Shown here: positions 1-10,077 of the stretch, piece by piece
How positions within the stretch are numbered: position 1 is the first letter of the stretch
Layout of the letters: the number at the start of each line of letters is the position of its first letter
Assembly (NCBI GenBank): GCA_963719085.1
Contig: CAVRAL010000004.1
Location: forward strand, 640,001-704,000
Direction of reading: 5' to 3'
Length of the DNA stretch: 64,000 bases
Origin: a candidate division FCPU426 bacterium
GTDB lineage: Bacteria > Oederibacteriota > Muellerivitia > Muellerivitales > Muellerivitaceae
Made by a program: the position numbers and the translations under genes
Notes under the pieces: model-generated
Told to the model about the DNA's origin: nothing
Seen by the model: the letters and a program-made list of their open reading frames with translations, nothing else
Databases searched by the model: none

Positions 1-1615
1 CCTGGTCCATCCAGTACCACTGGGAACCCGGGAATCCCGGTGAGACAAAAGGATAATAATGGGGATCGATCAACAAGGCGCTCCAGCCAACGGAGGCGGT
101 GGCGGACGATGGGTCCCAGGTCTTGTTAAAATCATGGGTCATCACCCCCAGCGTCTCGTCCGGATGGGCGAGAAACTCGGTAAAGATCCACCCCGGCCCG
201 GAAGTTTCGGAAAAATTTTTCAATATTTGATAAGTCCTCCAATGTTCCGCCTCCACCGGATCCTTGGAATAGTCCAGCGCGCGTGACCGCTCGACCCGGG
301 AAACATCGAGACCCGCTGATAAAAGAAAAAGAACGGCCAGAAAAACCGGCCGGGAGGGGCCGGGTATGGCTCGGGCCAATCGAAGGAAGCCGAAGACACA
401 AAGGACCGCCAACACCGGGATGATCTGAACAACGCGGAAGGGCTCGGTCCCCATCGAAAGCATGCCGGGAAGGAGGAATAAAAAGAAGGTCAAGGCGAGA
501 ACCCGGTCGACTGGCCCGCGCGACTTGACGCATTGGGCCGCGCCGATGAAAAAGAAAGCGTCTTCCAAAGGGTTTAAAAATCCGCCTAAAGGGGGCGCGT
601 AAGTGGTGATGGGCGCCAGGCTTCCCCAAAATAAAACGGTCACGTAAGAAAGCGAGGCCGTTATTTTTTGCCCCCAGGGAATCCAAGGGTCCAAAATCGA
701 CATGGCCTGGATATGCTGGCCGTACCCTTCGTGATAAACGGCTAAGCCAAACGGAATGAGCGCGGCTCCAAAAGCCGCTCCCAGCGGCACCCAATATTCC
801 CTCAAGACCTTGCCCCGGAAAAAATCAAAAACTAAAAGCAGGCTCACCCAAACCACCACGATCGGCCAGGGCGTATAGGTCCAAAATCCCGTTCCTAAAA
901 GAATCCCTAAAAAAATAGCCGCCCGGCGTTTGGCCCCGCGCGTTGAGGAATTCAAAAGTTTCCCTAAATAAAAAACACATCCCAAAAACCACAGGGGAAC
1001 CCAGATTCCCTCACAGCAGGCCCGGCCCAAGGAAAAAGGCCAATAGTTGAACGTCAACCAAACCGCCACCAACCCGGCTGTGGTTTTTGAAAAAAATTGG
1101 CGGGCCGCCAGAAACCCCGCCGCCGGGATCAGCAGGGAAACTATCGCCGAAGGCAGCCAAAGACTGAGCCAGGGATTGACGCCGCCCTTAAACAGCGCCG
1201 CCGCGGCCCAGATGGACAAAGGGGGGATTTGGCCGAACGTGTGAAAGATATGCCAATTCCACTGGCGCGATAATTCCAGGGCGTATAACCCGGACATCCC
1301 CTCCTCGTCATTGGGCCATGGAACTAAATTTTCCAACCGGTAGAACCGGGAAAAAACGGCCAAAAAGAGCGTCCCCAAAAGAAACCAGAGGGGCAACCGC
1401 CCTTCGGTCGAATCCAGAGCGCCCTTTCGAGTCCCTTCGCCGCCGCGAATGAGCCAAATCAAGGGGCCGATGATCCCGGCCAAGATCAGCCCGACGCGCG
1501 CCGCCGCCGGCAACCCGGGCTGGGAAAGAAAATAATTTGAAAATACCAAAAGAACAAAGACGGCGCCCAGACTGGCACGGCTTGTCGAGGCTATGGCGCT
1601 TTTGTTTTTTTTCAC
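1..1615 (-). CDS. ArnT/PMT-like (GT-C, GT39-type) polytopic membrane glycosyltransferase, 3' end beyond left edge
   Basis: Not in ORF track. Manual translation: GTG at 1615 overlapping the upstream TGA (GTGA), no in-frame stop down to position 2. Many hydrophobic segments and SRFYRLENLVPWPNDEEG (R..L.....DE after an early TM), typical of GT-C enzymes. Confidence 0.7.
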   Translation of the reverse strand, partial: MKKNKSAIASTSRASLGAVFVLLVFSNYFLSQPGLPAAARVGLILAGIIGPLIWLIRGGEGTRKGALDSTEGRLPLWFLLGTLFLAVFSRFYRLENLVPWPNDEEGMSGLYALELSRQWNWHIFHTFGQIPPLSIWAAAALFKGGVNPWLSLWLPSAIVSLLIPAAGFLAARQFFSKTTAGLVAVWLTFNYWPFSLGRACCEGIWVPLWFLGCVFYLGKLLNSSTRGAKRRAAIFLGILLGTGFWTYTPWPIVVVWVSLLLVFDFFRGKVLREYWVPLGAAFGAALIPFGLAVYHEGYGQHIQAMSILDPWIPWGQKITASLSYVTVLFWGSLAPITTYAPPLGGFLNPLEDAFFFIGAAQCVKSRGPVDRVLALTFFLFLLPGMLSMGTEPFRVVQIIPVLAVLCVFGFLRLARAIPGPSRPVFLAVLFLLSAGLDVSRVERSRALDYSKDPVEAEHWRTYQILKNFSETSGPGWIFTEFLAHPDETLGVMTHDFNKTWDPSSATASVGWSALLIDPHYYPFVSPGFPGSQWYWMDQ

Positions 1616-2334
1616 TTTTTTCTTTCCAACCGCCGCTCCACCCAACCCATGATCAGCGCCAAGGCCAATGTGATTCCCGCCAGGGCTCCGATCAAGGCCC
1701 AAGGGGCTTGATGTTCCCGGACGCCGCGCAAAAGGGCGTGGGCGCTGAGGACGAAAAAAACCGTGCTGGGCAGGGTGCAAAGGCAGGACCAAAATAGATA
1801 TTCCCAAAACTTAACCCGGGTCAAACCGAAGGCGTAATTGAGCACGCTAAAAGGCGTCAAGGGCATCAGCCTGAGCATGGCCACGATCCAAGCGCCGTGC
1901 TTCTCCGTCATCTTATCCAATTTTCGGAACCGCGGGCTTTGTGAAGCCCACCGGTCAAGATCCCCACGGGCGTAATAACGGGCGATGAGAAACGTCACGG
2001 CGGACCCCAAGGTGGCTCCCAGCGTGGCCGCGATGACCGCCGTCACGGTTTTAAAAAAAAGTCCGGCGATTAAGGTCATGGCCGAACCCGGCAGGGCCAG
2101 AATGACTCCCCCAGCGAAAAACAAACTGTAGACGACCGGCCCCCAAGCCCCCAGGGAACGGATCCAATGATGGAGATCCCGAAACCGATCCTCCAGGTGC
2201 AAAAGCCGGCCCAGGACCAAAAGAATCCCGATCGCCAAAAACAGGAGCGTTGGTTTAACCCATCGGAGGACCCTTCGCGTCTTAGTTTTCCGCGGTTTCG
2301 CACGCTTGGGTCTAGATTTCATTCTCGTGGTCAT
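1612..2334 (-). CDS. TVP38/TMEM64 (DedA superfamily) membrane protein
   Basis: Motifs LPGSAMTLIAG, GATLGS, FLIARY, LRLMPLTPFSVLNYAFG; start moved to ATG 2334 (or 2322) overlapping the glucosidase 3' end. Confidence 0.85.
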   Translation of the reverse strand: MTTRMKSRPKRAKPRKTKTRRVLRWVKPTLLFLAIGILLVLGRLLHLEDRFRDLHHWIRSLGAWGPVVYSLFFAGGVILALPGSAMTLIAGLFFKTVTAVIAATLGATLGSAVTFLIARYYARGDLDRWASQSPRFRKLDKMTEKHGAWIVAMLRLMPLTPFSVLNYAFGLTRVKFWEYLFWSCLCTLPSTVFFVLSAHALLRGVREHQAPWALIGALAGITLALALIMGWVERRLERKK

Positions 2335-4987
2335 GCCCTTCCAAAAGTTTGGCCACCAGGGCCGTCCATCCGGTCTGATGGGAGGCGCCCAATCCCTCGC
2401 CGTTGTCCCCGTGGAAATATTCGTAAAACAAAACCAAATCCTTCCAAGCCGGGTCCTGCGCGTAACGCGCTTCGGTTCCATGGCAGGGCCGGACACCCTT
2501 GTCATCCGGCAGGAAAAGACCGGTCACCCGGTCCGAGATAAAAACAGCGACTTCTTTAAGCGTTTTAAAATTCCCCGAACCCGTAGGACACTCCACCTTG
2601 AACTCATCGCCGTAAAAATGATCGTAGCGTTCCAACGCCTCAATAAGCAAATAATTGATCGGCATCCAAACCGGGCCCCGCCAATTGGAATTGCCGCCGA
2701 AAAGCCCCGTGCGGGATTCCCCCGGCTCATAATCGACCCGATGGTCCTTCCCGTTCAACTCCAACGTGTAGGGATGGTCCTGATGGTATTTGGAAAGCAT
2801 CCGGATGCCGTGAGGGGATAAAAACTCGTTCTCATCTAACACGTAACGCAAAACCCGGACCAGTTTCTCTCGAGAAGGCACGGCCAAAAGATAGCGTCCC
2901 TGGCCTTTTCCCCCTTGGTCTCGGTGAAGGATGGAGCGGGCCTCTTCGGGCTTGTGCGCCATGAACCATTTCATGCGTTTATAAAATTCCGGAAGTCTTT
3001 CCAGCGTTTCCTCTTCCAGAATTTCCACCGCGAAAAGCGGGATTAAGCCCACCGCCGAGCGCACCCGCAAAGGAATGCAGGTTCCATTGACCAGCAGTTG
3101 GTCGTAATAAAAACCGTCTTGCTCGTCCCACAGGCCCGATCCGCCCAGCGTGTTGATGGCGTGCACGATGCTGAGATAATGCTCGAAAAATTTGGTGGCC
3201 ATATCCTCGGTGGCCGTGTTTTCCATGGAAAGTTCCAATGCCATCGAAAGCAGGGTGCCGCAATAAAAGGCCATCCAAGCCGTGCCGTCGGCTTGTTCCA
3301 GCGTTTCTCCCGCGGCCAACTGGCCCCGGTCGAAAACCCCGATGTTGTCCAACCCGAGAAATCCTCCGGAAAAAAGATTTTTTCCTTCCGAGTCCTTGCG
3401 GTTCACCCACCAAGTGAAATTAAGAAGCAGTTTTTGAAAGACCCGGGACAAAAAAATCCGGTCCCGCGAGCCCTTAGGGGCGCTCATCTTATAAACCCGC
3501 CAAGCGGCCCAGGCCTGCAGGGGGGGATTCACGTCGGAGAAGGCGAATTCATAAGCGGGAATTTGGCCGTTGGGGTGCATGTACCATTCGCGAAGAAGCA
3601 AAACCAACTGGTGTTTGGCGAAAAAGGGATCCAGGTGTGCGAAAGGGATCATATGAAACGCCAAGTCCCAGGCCGCGAACCAGGGATATTCCCATTTGTC
3701 CGGCATGGATAAAATATCCTCGGCCCCAAAATGCTCCCAATCCCGGTTGCGGCCTTTTTTACGCCCCTCATCCACCGGCGGCTGGGAAGGATCGCCTTCC
3801 AACCATTGCTTCACGAAATAGTTGTAGTACTGTTTGGACCAAAGAAGCCCGGCGTAAGCCTGCTCCGCCACGGCTCTTTGGGGCGGGGGCAAATCCGGGG
3901 ATATTTTGAGGTCATAGTAAACCTTGGTTTCTTTTTCCCGGGTCTCGAACAATTGGTCAAACTCAGGGCCAAAGGCCGGCGCCTGGTCATTTTTGGAAAA
4001 CCGGAATTTGAGGACTTCCAGCCCGCCGGCGGGAATTTGAAGCGCGTAATAAAAAGCCGCCTTGGTGCCCTGGCCGGGATGGACCGCTTCTTTGCGGCCG
4101 CCAACGACATAGTCGTGAAACGCGTCCTTCACGTAAGGCGAAAGGTTGTCGCTGTCAAAAAGCTTTTTGAAATTCGTCTCGTTTTCCGTGAAAAGCAATT
4201 GCTCCGGCGCCCGTTCGGCTTTCAAAAACATCGGTCCCAAAAAAGGATGGTTCACGGCGAATCCCGGTGCCCCGGCCGGCCGAGTGATGAGCGATTTGGG
4301 CCAATCATGCTCGCCGTGGCGGCCCCAGCTCCAGGTGTTTTTGAGCCAAAGGCTGGGAAGCAAATGGAGCGCGGCGGCGTCCGGCCCCCGGTTGATCACG
4401 CTCAAGCGGATCAGGATATCGTCCGGGCCCGCCTTCGCGTATTCCACAAAGACGTCAAAGTAGCGGTTTTCGTTGAAGACGCCCGTGTCCAGAAGCTCAA
4501 ATTCCCCTTGGTCTTTTCCGCGCTTGGCGTTTTCTTCCACCAAACGCGCGTAAGGAAATTCGGCCTGGGGATATTTATAAAGCGCCTTCATATAAGCGTG
4601 GGAGGGCGCGGACGAAAGATAGTAATAGCATTCCTTGACGTCCTCGCCGTGATTGCCCTCGTTGCCGTTCAGGCCAAAAAGCCTTTCTTTGAGGATGGGA
4701 TCCTTGCCGTTCCAAAGCGCGGGCGCGAAACAAATCAGCCCCTTGCTGTCCGAAAACCCCAAAAGGCCGTCTTCCCCCCAACGGTAGGCCCGGCTTCGGG
4801 CATGGTCATGCGGAAAATAATCCCAGCAGGTACCGTTGGGCGAGTAATCCTCCCGCACGGTTCCCCATTGGCGCTCGGAAAGATAGGGGCCCCATTTTTT
4901 CCAGGGATGGTTGCCCTCCACAAAAAGTGAAAGCCGTTGGCTTTCGGGGTCTTGTGGGTTGGGATCGGGCATGGGCGGGTTACTCAA
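2312..4987 (-). CDS. MGH1-like / GH63-related glucosidase
   Basis: WGPYLSERQWGTVREDYS, SMPDKWEYPWFAAWDLAFH, NSNWRGPVW, GASHQTGWT motifs. Confidence 0.9.
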   Translation of the reverse strand: MSNPPMPDPNPQDPESQRLSLFVEGNHPWKKWGPYLSERQWGTVREDYSPNGTCWDYFPHDHARSRAYRWGEDGLLGFSDSKGLICFAPALWNGKDPILKERLFGLNGNEGNHGEDVKECYYYLSSAPSHAYMKALYKYPQAEFPYARLVEENAKRGKDQGEFELLDTGVFNENRYFDVFVEYAKAGPDDILIRLSVINRGPDAAALHLLPSLWLKNTWSWGRHGEHDWPKSLITRPAGAPGFAVNHPFLGPMFLKAERAPEQLLFTENETNFKKLFDSDNLSPYVKDAFHDYVVGGRKEAVHPGQGTKAAFYYALQIPAGGLEVLKFRFSKNDQAPAFGPEFDQLFETREKETKVYYDLKISPDLPPPQRAVAEQAYAGLLWSKQYYNYFVKQWLEGDPSQPPVDEGRKKGRNRDWEHFGAEDILSMPDKWEYPWFAAWDLAFHMIPFAHLDPFFAKHQLVLLLREWYMHPNGQIPAYEFAFSDVNPPLQAWAAWRVYKMSAPKGSRDRIFLSRVFQKLLLNFTWWVNRKDSEGKNLFSGGFLGLDNIGVFDRGQLAAGETLEQADGTAWMAFYCGTLLSMALELSMENTATEDMATKFFEHYLSIVHAINTLGGSGLWDEQDGFYYDQLLVNGTCIPLRVRSAVGLIPLFAVEILEEETLERLPEFYKRMKWFMAHKPEEARSILHRDQGGKGQGRYLLAVPSREKLVRVLRYVLDENEFLSPHGIRMLSKYHQDHPYTLELNGKDHRVDYEPGESRTGLFGGNSNWRGPVWMPINYLLIEALERYDHFYGDEFKVECPTGSGNFKTLKEVAVFISDRVTGLFLPDDKGVRPCHGTEARYAQDPAWKDLVLFYEYFHGDNGEGLGASHQTGWTALVAKLLEGHDHENEI

Positions 4988-6110
4988 AACTAACGATATT
5001 TTTAATGCCGCCGGGATCGCCCAAAAGAAGATCCTTAAACTTTTCCGGCGCGAACCGGCCCGTGATCAAACTTTCGGGCGCCCCGGGCCAAAGGCTTTGA
5101 AAAAGCCCCAGGTCCGCGATGGCTTTGCCGTAATCCTGCTTTCCCGCGTTGACGGTTCCGAAAACCACTTGGTTCTTCAGGACTTGGTCCCGCATTAAAA
5201 GATCCGTATCCACCTCAATGGGGGCTTTGCGGCCCGGCACCCCGGTAAAAATAAAAACCCCGTTGGTGCCCAGATATTTCATCATCTCATAGGAAAGCCG
5301 GGAAGCGCCGGTGGCCTCATAAACCAAATCCACGTTCCCCACCTGGGCGCTGAAAGCCTCTAAAGAAGTCACGGCGCCGGACACGAATGTCGCGCCGATC
5401 TGTTGGGTCAAGAGCGCCTTCGGGCTGTCCAAGCTTTCTTTGGAATAAACATAAGTATTAAAATCGAGGGACCGTAAAAGCATGGCGCCCAAAAGCCCCA
5501 CGGGCCCGGCCCCCAAAACCACGGCATTGTGGCAATGCCCCCGCTTCAGCTTGGATCCGGGCGCTTGGACATGGGCGCAGTCCCAGGGCAGGCGGCTTTG
5601 AATTTGCCACATCTGTTCCAAGCCCTTTTCGGCGATGGTCAGGGGTTCGGCTAAAACCGCGATGGCCCTTAAGCTTTCGGGAACCAGGTTCATATATTTT
5701 TCATCGTCCACGACTTTTTCCGTCATGAAGCCGTTCAGGCCGTTAATGCCGCGCTCTTTAAACCCGCCGGTCAGGCAAAAATCCTGGCGTCCCGCGGCAC
5801 AGGGCCCGCATTCGGGCCGGCCGCAAGGGCGGCGCACCACCATGACCACCAAATCCCCGACCTTCAGGGATTTCACCTGCGGCCCCACTTCCACCACCCG
5901 GCCCAGGGACTCATGACCGATGATAAGAAAGTCGCTGCCCGCCGGGGGTGTGCCATACTCAAAAGTACAAATTTCTTTGTCGGTGCCGCAAACCCCGATA
6001 TCGAGCATCTTGAGTTTGACGTCCGTGGGGCCCTTGAGCGCGGGCTCGGGCGCGTCAATCAGTTGAACCTGTTTTTTAGGGGGATAAACCGCGATGGCTT
6101 TCATCGACAC
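4980..6110 (-). CDS. Zn-dependent glucose 1-dehydrogenase (MDR family)
   Basis: GVCGTD, GHESLG, four-Cys structural Zn loop, GAGPVG, GTVNAG. Confidence 0.85.
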   Translation of the reverse strand: MSMKAIAVYPPKKQVQLIDAPEPALKGPTDVKLKMLDIGVCGTDKEICTFEYGTPPAGSDFLIIGHESLGRVVEVGPQVKSLKVGDLVVMVVRRPCGRPECGPCAAGRQDFCLTGGFKERGINGLNGFMTEKVVDDEKYMNLVPESLRAIAVLAEPLTIAEKGLEQMWQIQSRLPWDCAHVQAPGSKLKRGHCHNAVVLGAGPVGLLGAMLLRSLDFNTYVYSKESLDSPKALLTQQIGATFVSGAVTSLEAFSAQVGNVDLVYEATGASRLSYEMMKYLGTNGVFIFTGVPGRKAPIEVDTDLLMRDQVLKNQVVFGTVNAGKQDYGKAIADLGLFQSLWPGAPESLITGRFAPEKFKDLLLGDPGGIKNIVSFE

Positions 6111-6113
6111 CTC

Positions 6114-6923
6114 TTATCTTGAATTTAATTCCGCGTCATTCAGGACTCCGTTATCCTCTAAATACCGCAAAGAAAAAATCTTTGTGTTCACCAAATAATC
6201 CCGGTCCTTCGATTTCACGTGCTGGCTGACGAAATTAAGAACGGCTTTTTGGGAAGGGTCCAGAAAGCCGAAGCGGTTTGTCCCGCCATAAAGTTTGACG
6301 AAGCTTTGCTCGTGCTTTTGAAGGATCGCCGAGAGAAAAACAATATTGCGCTCGCGGTCAATCCGGAAGTGCTCGGGAACCCGGAAAAAAAGCCAAGCCT
6401 GCTCTTCCAAAACGGAATCCAACTGGGCCCCATAATAAGGCCGCGGCCGCAAAGCGGGGCCGGCCTGATCCGCCTTGACCAGGGCCAGGCAGGCCCGGGG
6501 TTCTTCCAAGGGAGGCTCGAAAATTTTGCGCTCCAGCTGTTCCAAGTTTATTTTTCCCTCCAACAGGGGAAAAGGAGCCCCCTCCCATCCGCTCACCTCT
6601 TCCAACTGGCTTAAGGGATAATGATCCACCACGGTTTGAATGACGCGCGCGTTATAAACATTGATGTAAAAAGCCGTTTGGTCTTTGGGTTTCCACTGGG
6701 CGAATAAAGCGGGCGGAAAAGTCTCGAACCGGGTCAACACCTGATCCAGCAAAGCCCGATGGGCCTTCAGCGCTGAATAACGCACCGCGCCTTGAGGGTT
6801 GAGCGCGGCGTGCAGGACCTTCTCATAATTCTCATAAAAATGTAAAGGCACCCCCGCCGCCCGGGAAGGGAGGGGACAGCTCAGGATTAGAAAAAAAGCG
6901 ATCAAGTTTCGGACAGCGCCCAT
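6114..6923 (-). CDS. Secreted DUF547-like protein, divergent
   Basis: Signal peptide, AFYINVYNA, EPRACLAL..GPALR, VFLSAIL, C-terminal LND. Confidence 0.7.
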   Translation of the reverse strand: MGAVRNLIAFFLILSCPLPSRAAGVPLHFYENYEKVLHAALNPQGAVRYSALKAHRALLDQVLTRFETFPPALFAQWKPKDQTAFYINVYNARVIQTVVDHYPLSQLEEVSGWEGAPFPLLEGKINLEQLERKIFEPPLEEPRACLALVKADQAGPALRPRPYYGAQLDSVLEEQAWLFFRVPEHFRIDRERNIVFLSAILQKHEQSFVKLYGGTNRFGFLDPSQKAVLNFVSQHVKSKDRDYLVNTKIFSLRYLEDNGVLNDAELNSR

Positions 6924-7018
6924 CGGTATTCCCCTTTAAGCGGATGCTTCGTCCTATAATACGCCAAGGTCCCCAAGGGGTTACCAGCCCCTTAATTTCT
7001 TTTTATCAGGAGTCATTC

Positions 7019-7258
7019 ATGCCCGAACCCCACATCGCCGCCAAACAGCCCGCCGCCGTCGAGCTGGAGGCCGGAAAAACCTACGCTTGGTGCGCTTGCG
7101 GCCATTCGGCCAAGCAGCCCTTTTGCGATGGATCCCATAAGGACCATGGATTCAGCCCCCTGGTTTTCAAGGCCGAGGAAACCAAAACCGCCTACTTATG
7201 CCAATGCAAGCACACCAAGACGCCGCCCTTTTGCGACGGAACCCACAAACACGTCTGA
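7019..7258 (+). CDS. Double CDGSH iron-sulfur protein (MiNT/CISD3-like)
   Basis: WCACGHSAKQPFCDGSH and LCQCKHTKTPPFCDGTH; AGGAG RBS before ATG 7019. Confidence 0.92.
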   Translation: MPEPHIAAKQPAAVELEAGKTYAWCACGHSAKQPFCDGSHKDHGFSPLVFKAEETKTAYLCQCKHTKTPPFCDGTHKHV

Positions 7259-7270
7259 GGAAGGGCTCGC

Positions 7271-7675
7271 GTGAATTTTTTAGCCTTAAAAATCATCGGA
7301 CGACTTTGCCTAAGCGGGCTTTTTATCATTTCCGCGGCCGCCGATTGTTTGAACTGGCTCCCCATGACCATGGTTTTAACCCATAAGGGCGTTCCCTTCT
7401 CGCCCTGGTTTTTGGCCATCGCGGTCCTTTTAAAACTGGTCGGGGGAACCTTACTGGCGCTGGGAATAAAAACCCGCTGGGCGGTGGCGGCGTTGGTGTT
7501 GTTTCTTTTACCGGCCACTTTTATTTTTCACGATTTTTGGGCGGCCGCCCCGGAGGACAAGTCGGATCAATTCATCCACTTTTTAAAAAACGGGGCCATC
7601 TTGGGCGGGCTTTTTATTTTGGCCGCCGAGCCTCCGGCGGCTTCCGCTCCCAAACCTAAAAAACGCCGGCGTTAG
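7271..7675 (+). CDS. DoxX family membrane protein
   Basis: GRLCLSGLFI, LGIKTRWA, FHDFW, HFLKNGAILGGL. Confidence 0.85.
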   Translation: MNFLALKIIGRLCLSGLFIISAAADCLNWLPMTMVLTHKGVPFSPWFLAIAVLLKLVGGTLLALGIKTRWAVAALVLFLLPATFIFHDFWAAAPEDKSDQFIHFLKNGAILGGLFILAAEPPAASAPKPKKRRR

Positions 7676-9190
7676 TTATTCCACATCCTTGGCGTTCCAA
7701 GGCTCCAGCGGCGGGGTCCAATGTTGAAAAGCCTTCGGAAGCGCGGGCGTCACGAGATCGCGCAAAAACGCCTTATGCCAAATCCCCAAGGCCAATCCGC
7801 TCAAAGCCATGATCCAAAGGGCGGCGGTTAAAACCCCGGGGCCCTTTTTGAGCGGAACCGGCGGGATGGCTGAATGGGGCTCGGGCCGGGTGAAGAGCCG
7901 CCAACCCAAAAAACACAAAAAATAAAAACTAAATCCATAGGCCGCCAAAAGGGCCGCGGCTAAAAACCACTGCTGCTGCTGAAGGGCCGACTCCAACAAG
8001 TAGACCTTGCCATAAAAGCCGCCCCAAGGCGGAATCCCCACCAAATTAAATCCCAGCAAAACAAATCCCGCCGCGATCCAGGGCTGGCGCCGGCCCGCGC
8101 CGCGTAGCCGGGCCATTTCGTCCGTGCCGGCGGCCTCTTCCAACCAAGCGCCCAGATAAAAAAGTCCGGCCACGGTCACCAGTTGATTCGCCAATTCCAG
8201 CAAAACGCCTTGAAGCGCGATGGTGGTTCCCAAAACAAATCCCGCCAGCACATACCCCAAAGACGCCACGCTTAAAAAACCCGCGGCCTGGGTCCAGCTT
8301 TTGGCCCGGCTGGCGGCCCAAAAATGGCCGAAGAAAAAAACCGCGGCGGTTTGTTCCAGAATCGTCAGCCAAACCGGCGGATGGAAATCCGGCGCGCCTA
8401 AGGTTGAAAAATAAAGCTCAAAAAGTAAAAGCGCGGCGGCGCGCCCCAAAACGGGCGCCAGGAAAGCTGTCAACGTCGAGGGGATCCGCGAAAGAAGGTT
8501 TCGAAAAAGAACCGGCGCGGGAAACATTAAAGGCAGGCTTAAACCGACCGTCACCCAAAATCCGGCGAATCCGATGAGGCCTCCGTTTTTCAAAATCAGA
8601 AGCTGGGAAAGCGTATCGTCCAAATCCAGGGTTCCGGTTCCGGCGTATAAATAAAGAAACCCTAAAAGTAAAAAGGAAGCGCCGGCGCTTCCCCAAAAGA
8701 CAAAACGAAAAGCCGTTAAAAAGGCCTCGGGCCCCGACCGGGCGATCAAAAGCCCGGACGCCAAAAGCGCCAACTCCACCCAAAGATAAAAACCAAATAA
8801 ATCACGGGTCAATGCCAAGGCCGTCAGGCTTCCGGCAAGAAGCAAAAGGGCGGAGTCGAAAAAATCCGGATGGAAAAAAACAGGTTTTTTGAGCGTGGCC
8901 GCCAGGGTCAAAGTTAAAAGGGCGAGTAAATAAAGAAGTGTGGTCCAAAAACAGCCAAAGGGCGTTAACTGAATTTCGATTCCCCAAGGCGCCGCCCACC
9001 CCCCCAATTCATAATGCCAAACCCCGATCGCCAGCGTTTCAACCGCGGCTTGAATCGAAAGCCCTATTCCGGCCGCCGCGATAAGGCAGGCCAGCCCTTT
9101 TGATATTTTGGGCCACTTCCAAGCCAGGACCCACACGAAAAACATCCCCAGGAAAGGCAGCGCGAATAAAAGAACCGGGATCATCGCCAT
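7676..9190 (-). CDS. MrpD/MnhD-like proton-conducting membrane subunit, divergent
   Basis: GGWAAPWGIE, DLFGFYLWVE, LYAGTGTL, GIPPWGGFYGK; polytopic. Confidence 0.8.
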   Translation of the reverse strand: MAMIPVLLFALPFLGMFFVWVLAWKWPKISKGLACLIAAAGIGLSIQAAVETLAIGVWHYELGGWAAPWGIEIQLTPFGCFWTTLLYLLALLTLTLAATLKKPVFFHPDFFDSALLLLAGSLTALALTRDLFGFYLWVELALLASGLLIARSGPEAFLTAFRFVFWGSAGASFLLLGFLYLYAGTGTLDLDDTLSQLLILKNGGLIGFAGFWVTVGLSLPLMFPAPVLFRNLLSRIPSTLTAFLAPVLGRAAALLLFELYFSTLGAPDFHPPVWLTILEQTAAVFFFGHFWAASRAKSWTQAAGFLSVASLGYVLAGFVLGTTIALQGVLLELANQLVTVAGLFYLGAWLEEAAGTDEMARLRGAGRRQPWIAAGFVLLGFNLVGIPPWGGFYGKVYLLESALQQQQWFLAAALLAAYGFSFYFLCFLGWRLFTRPEPHSAIPPVPLKKGPGVLTAALWIMALSGLALGIWHKAFLRDLVTPALPKAFQHWTPPLEPWNAKDVE

Positions 9191-9483
9191 TCCTCTTTTC
9201 GCGAGAGGATTCTTTCATCCAGGCTTTTCTTTTCTTTGCGGATCAAGCGGGCCAATAGGAGCAAAAACCCCGCGACGGCCAGGGTCAGGATCAAAAGATC
9301 CCCTCCCAAGGCCGCCGGCAAGGGATTACGGCCCCCTTCGGTCAGGGAAAAAAGCAAAAACAAGAACCCCAATTGAAAAACAAGCCAAGCTCCTATTTTT
9401 TTAAGCAGATGGGTTTGGGAAAACAGGCCGTAAAGTCCCGTCATCCAAAAAAGCAGGGCCGCGCCATCGAGGAAGGGGCTCAT
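9181..9483 (-). CDS. MrpC/MnhC-like subunit
   Basis: GLYGL, LLKKI, NPLP; three TM; coupled to MrpD-like gene. Confidence 0.75.
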   Translation of the reverse strand: MSPFLDGAALLFWMTGLYGLFSQTHLLKKIGAWLVFQLGFLFLLFSLTEGGRNPLPAALGGDLLILTLAVAGFLLLLARLIRKEKKSLDERILSRKEEWR

Positions 9484-10040
9484 CGTTCGGCCTCCGGCGT
9501 GAAAAAAGCCCGGATAAAAAAGACCACCGTGAAAAGAACCCCGAGGACCGCCAGAAACCCGCCGGCCAATCGGATTTCGGAAGGCGCGAAGGGAAAGGGC
9601 AAGGTCTCATAATCCAGAAAGTTACTTCCACCGGCCAAGCCAAGAAGCCCCAAGCCCCAAACCCAAACCGGACCGATCAAACATAAAAGCGCCGAAGGGG
9701 TCAAAATCTTTTTCTTCCCGCTTCCCATCAAAAAAAAACCAAGCGAGGCGGTGAACCACAAAAGGGAAAGAACCGCCAAATCCAAGGATCGGTAATCGTC
9801 AAAAACCGCCAAAGCCGGATGGGATTGGCCGGTTTCCAAAGCACCCCGCTCAAAATAACGGGAAGCCACATGGGTCAGCAGGGGCGAATCGGAGTCTGTT
9901 CCGATGGAAGGTAGTTTGGAAAACCCGACAGCGGCCAAGACCCCGAAGGCCAACACAAGCCCCCCCAGGCCGAATTGAGAGGCGCCTTGGAATTTTCGGG
10001 CGCGCGCGCCGTGTCGAATGAAGGCTGAACTTTTTGGCAT
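9480..10040 (-). CDS. MrpB/MbhE-like subunit, divergent
   Basis: HVASRYFE, AVFDDYRSLD (cf. DYRGxDT), GGSNFLDY. Start placed at ATG 10040 because a promoter occupies 10078-10106. Confidence 0.65.
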   Translation of the reverse strand: MPKSSAFIRHGARARKFQGASQFGLGGLVLAFGVLAAVGFSKLPSIGTDSDSPLLTHVASRYFERGALETGQSHPALAVFDDYRSLDLAVLSLLWFTASLGFFLMGSGKKKILTPSALLCLIGPVWVWGLGLLGLAGGSNFLDYETLPFPFAPSEIRLAGGFLAVLGVLFTVVFFIRAFFTPEAER

Positions 10041-10077
10041 AATCGCTTTCAACGGCTTTCGGATAAAGAAAAACCCT

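Noticed and set aside
59..1797. Track ORFs 59..286, 132..794, 220..432, 1047..1244 and 1537..1797
   Set aside because: Shadows of the long minus-strand ArnT-like frame and the DedA gene.
3098..4930. Long antisense ORFs such as 3731..4930 (also 13884..14690, 36653..37489, 51804..52535)
   Set aside because: Antisense to conserved genes with no motifs; expected from codon bias.
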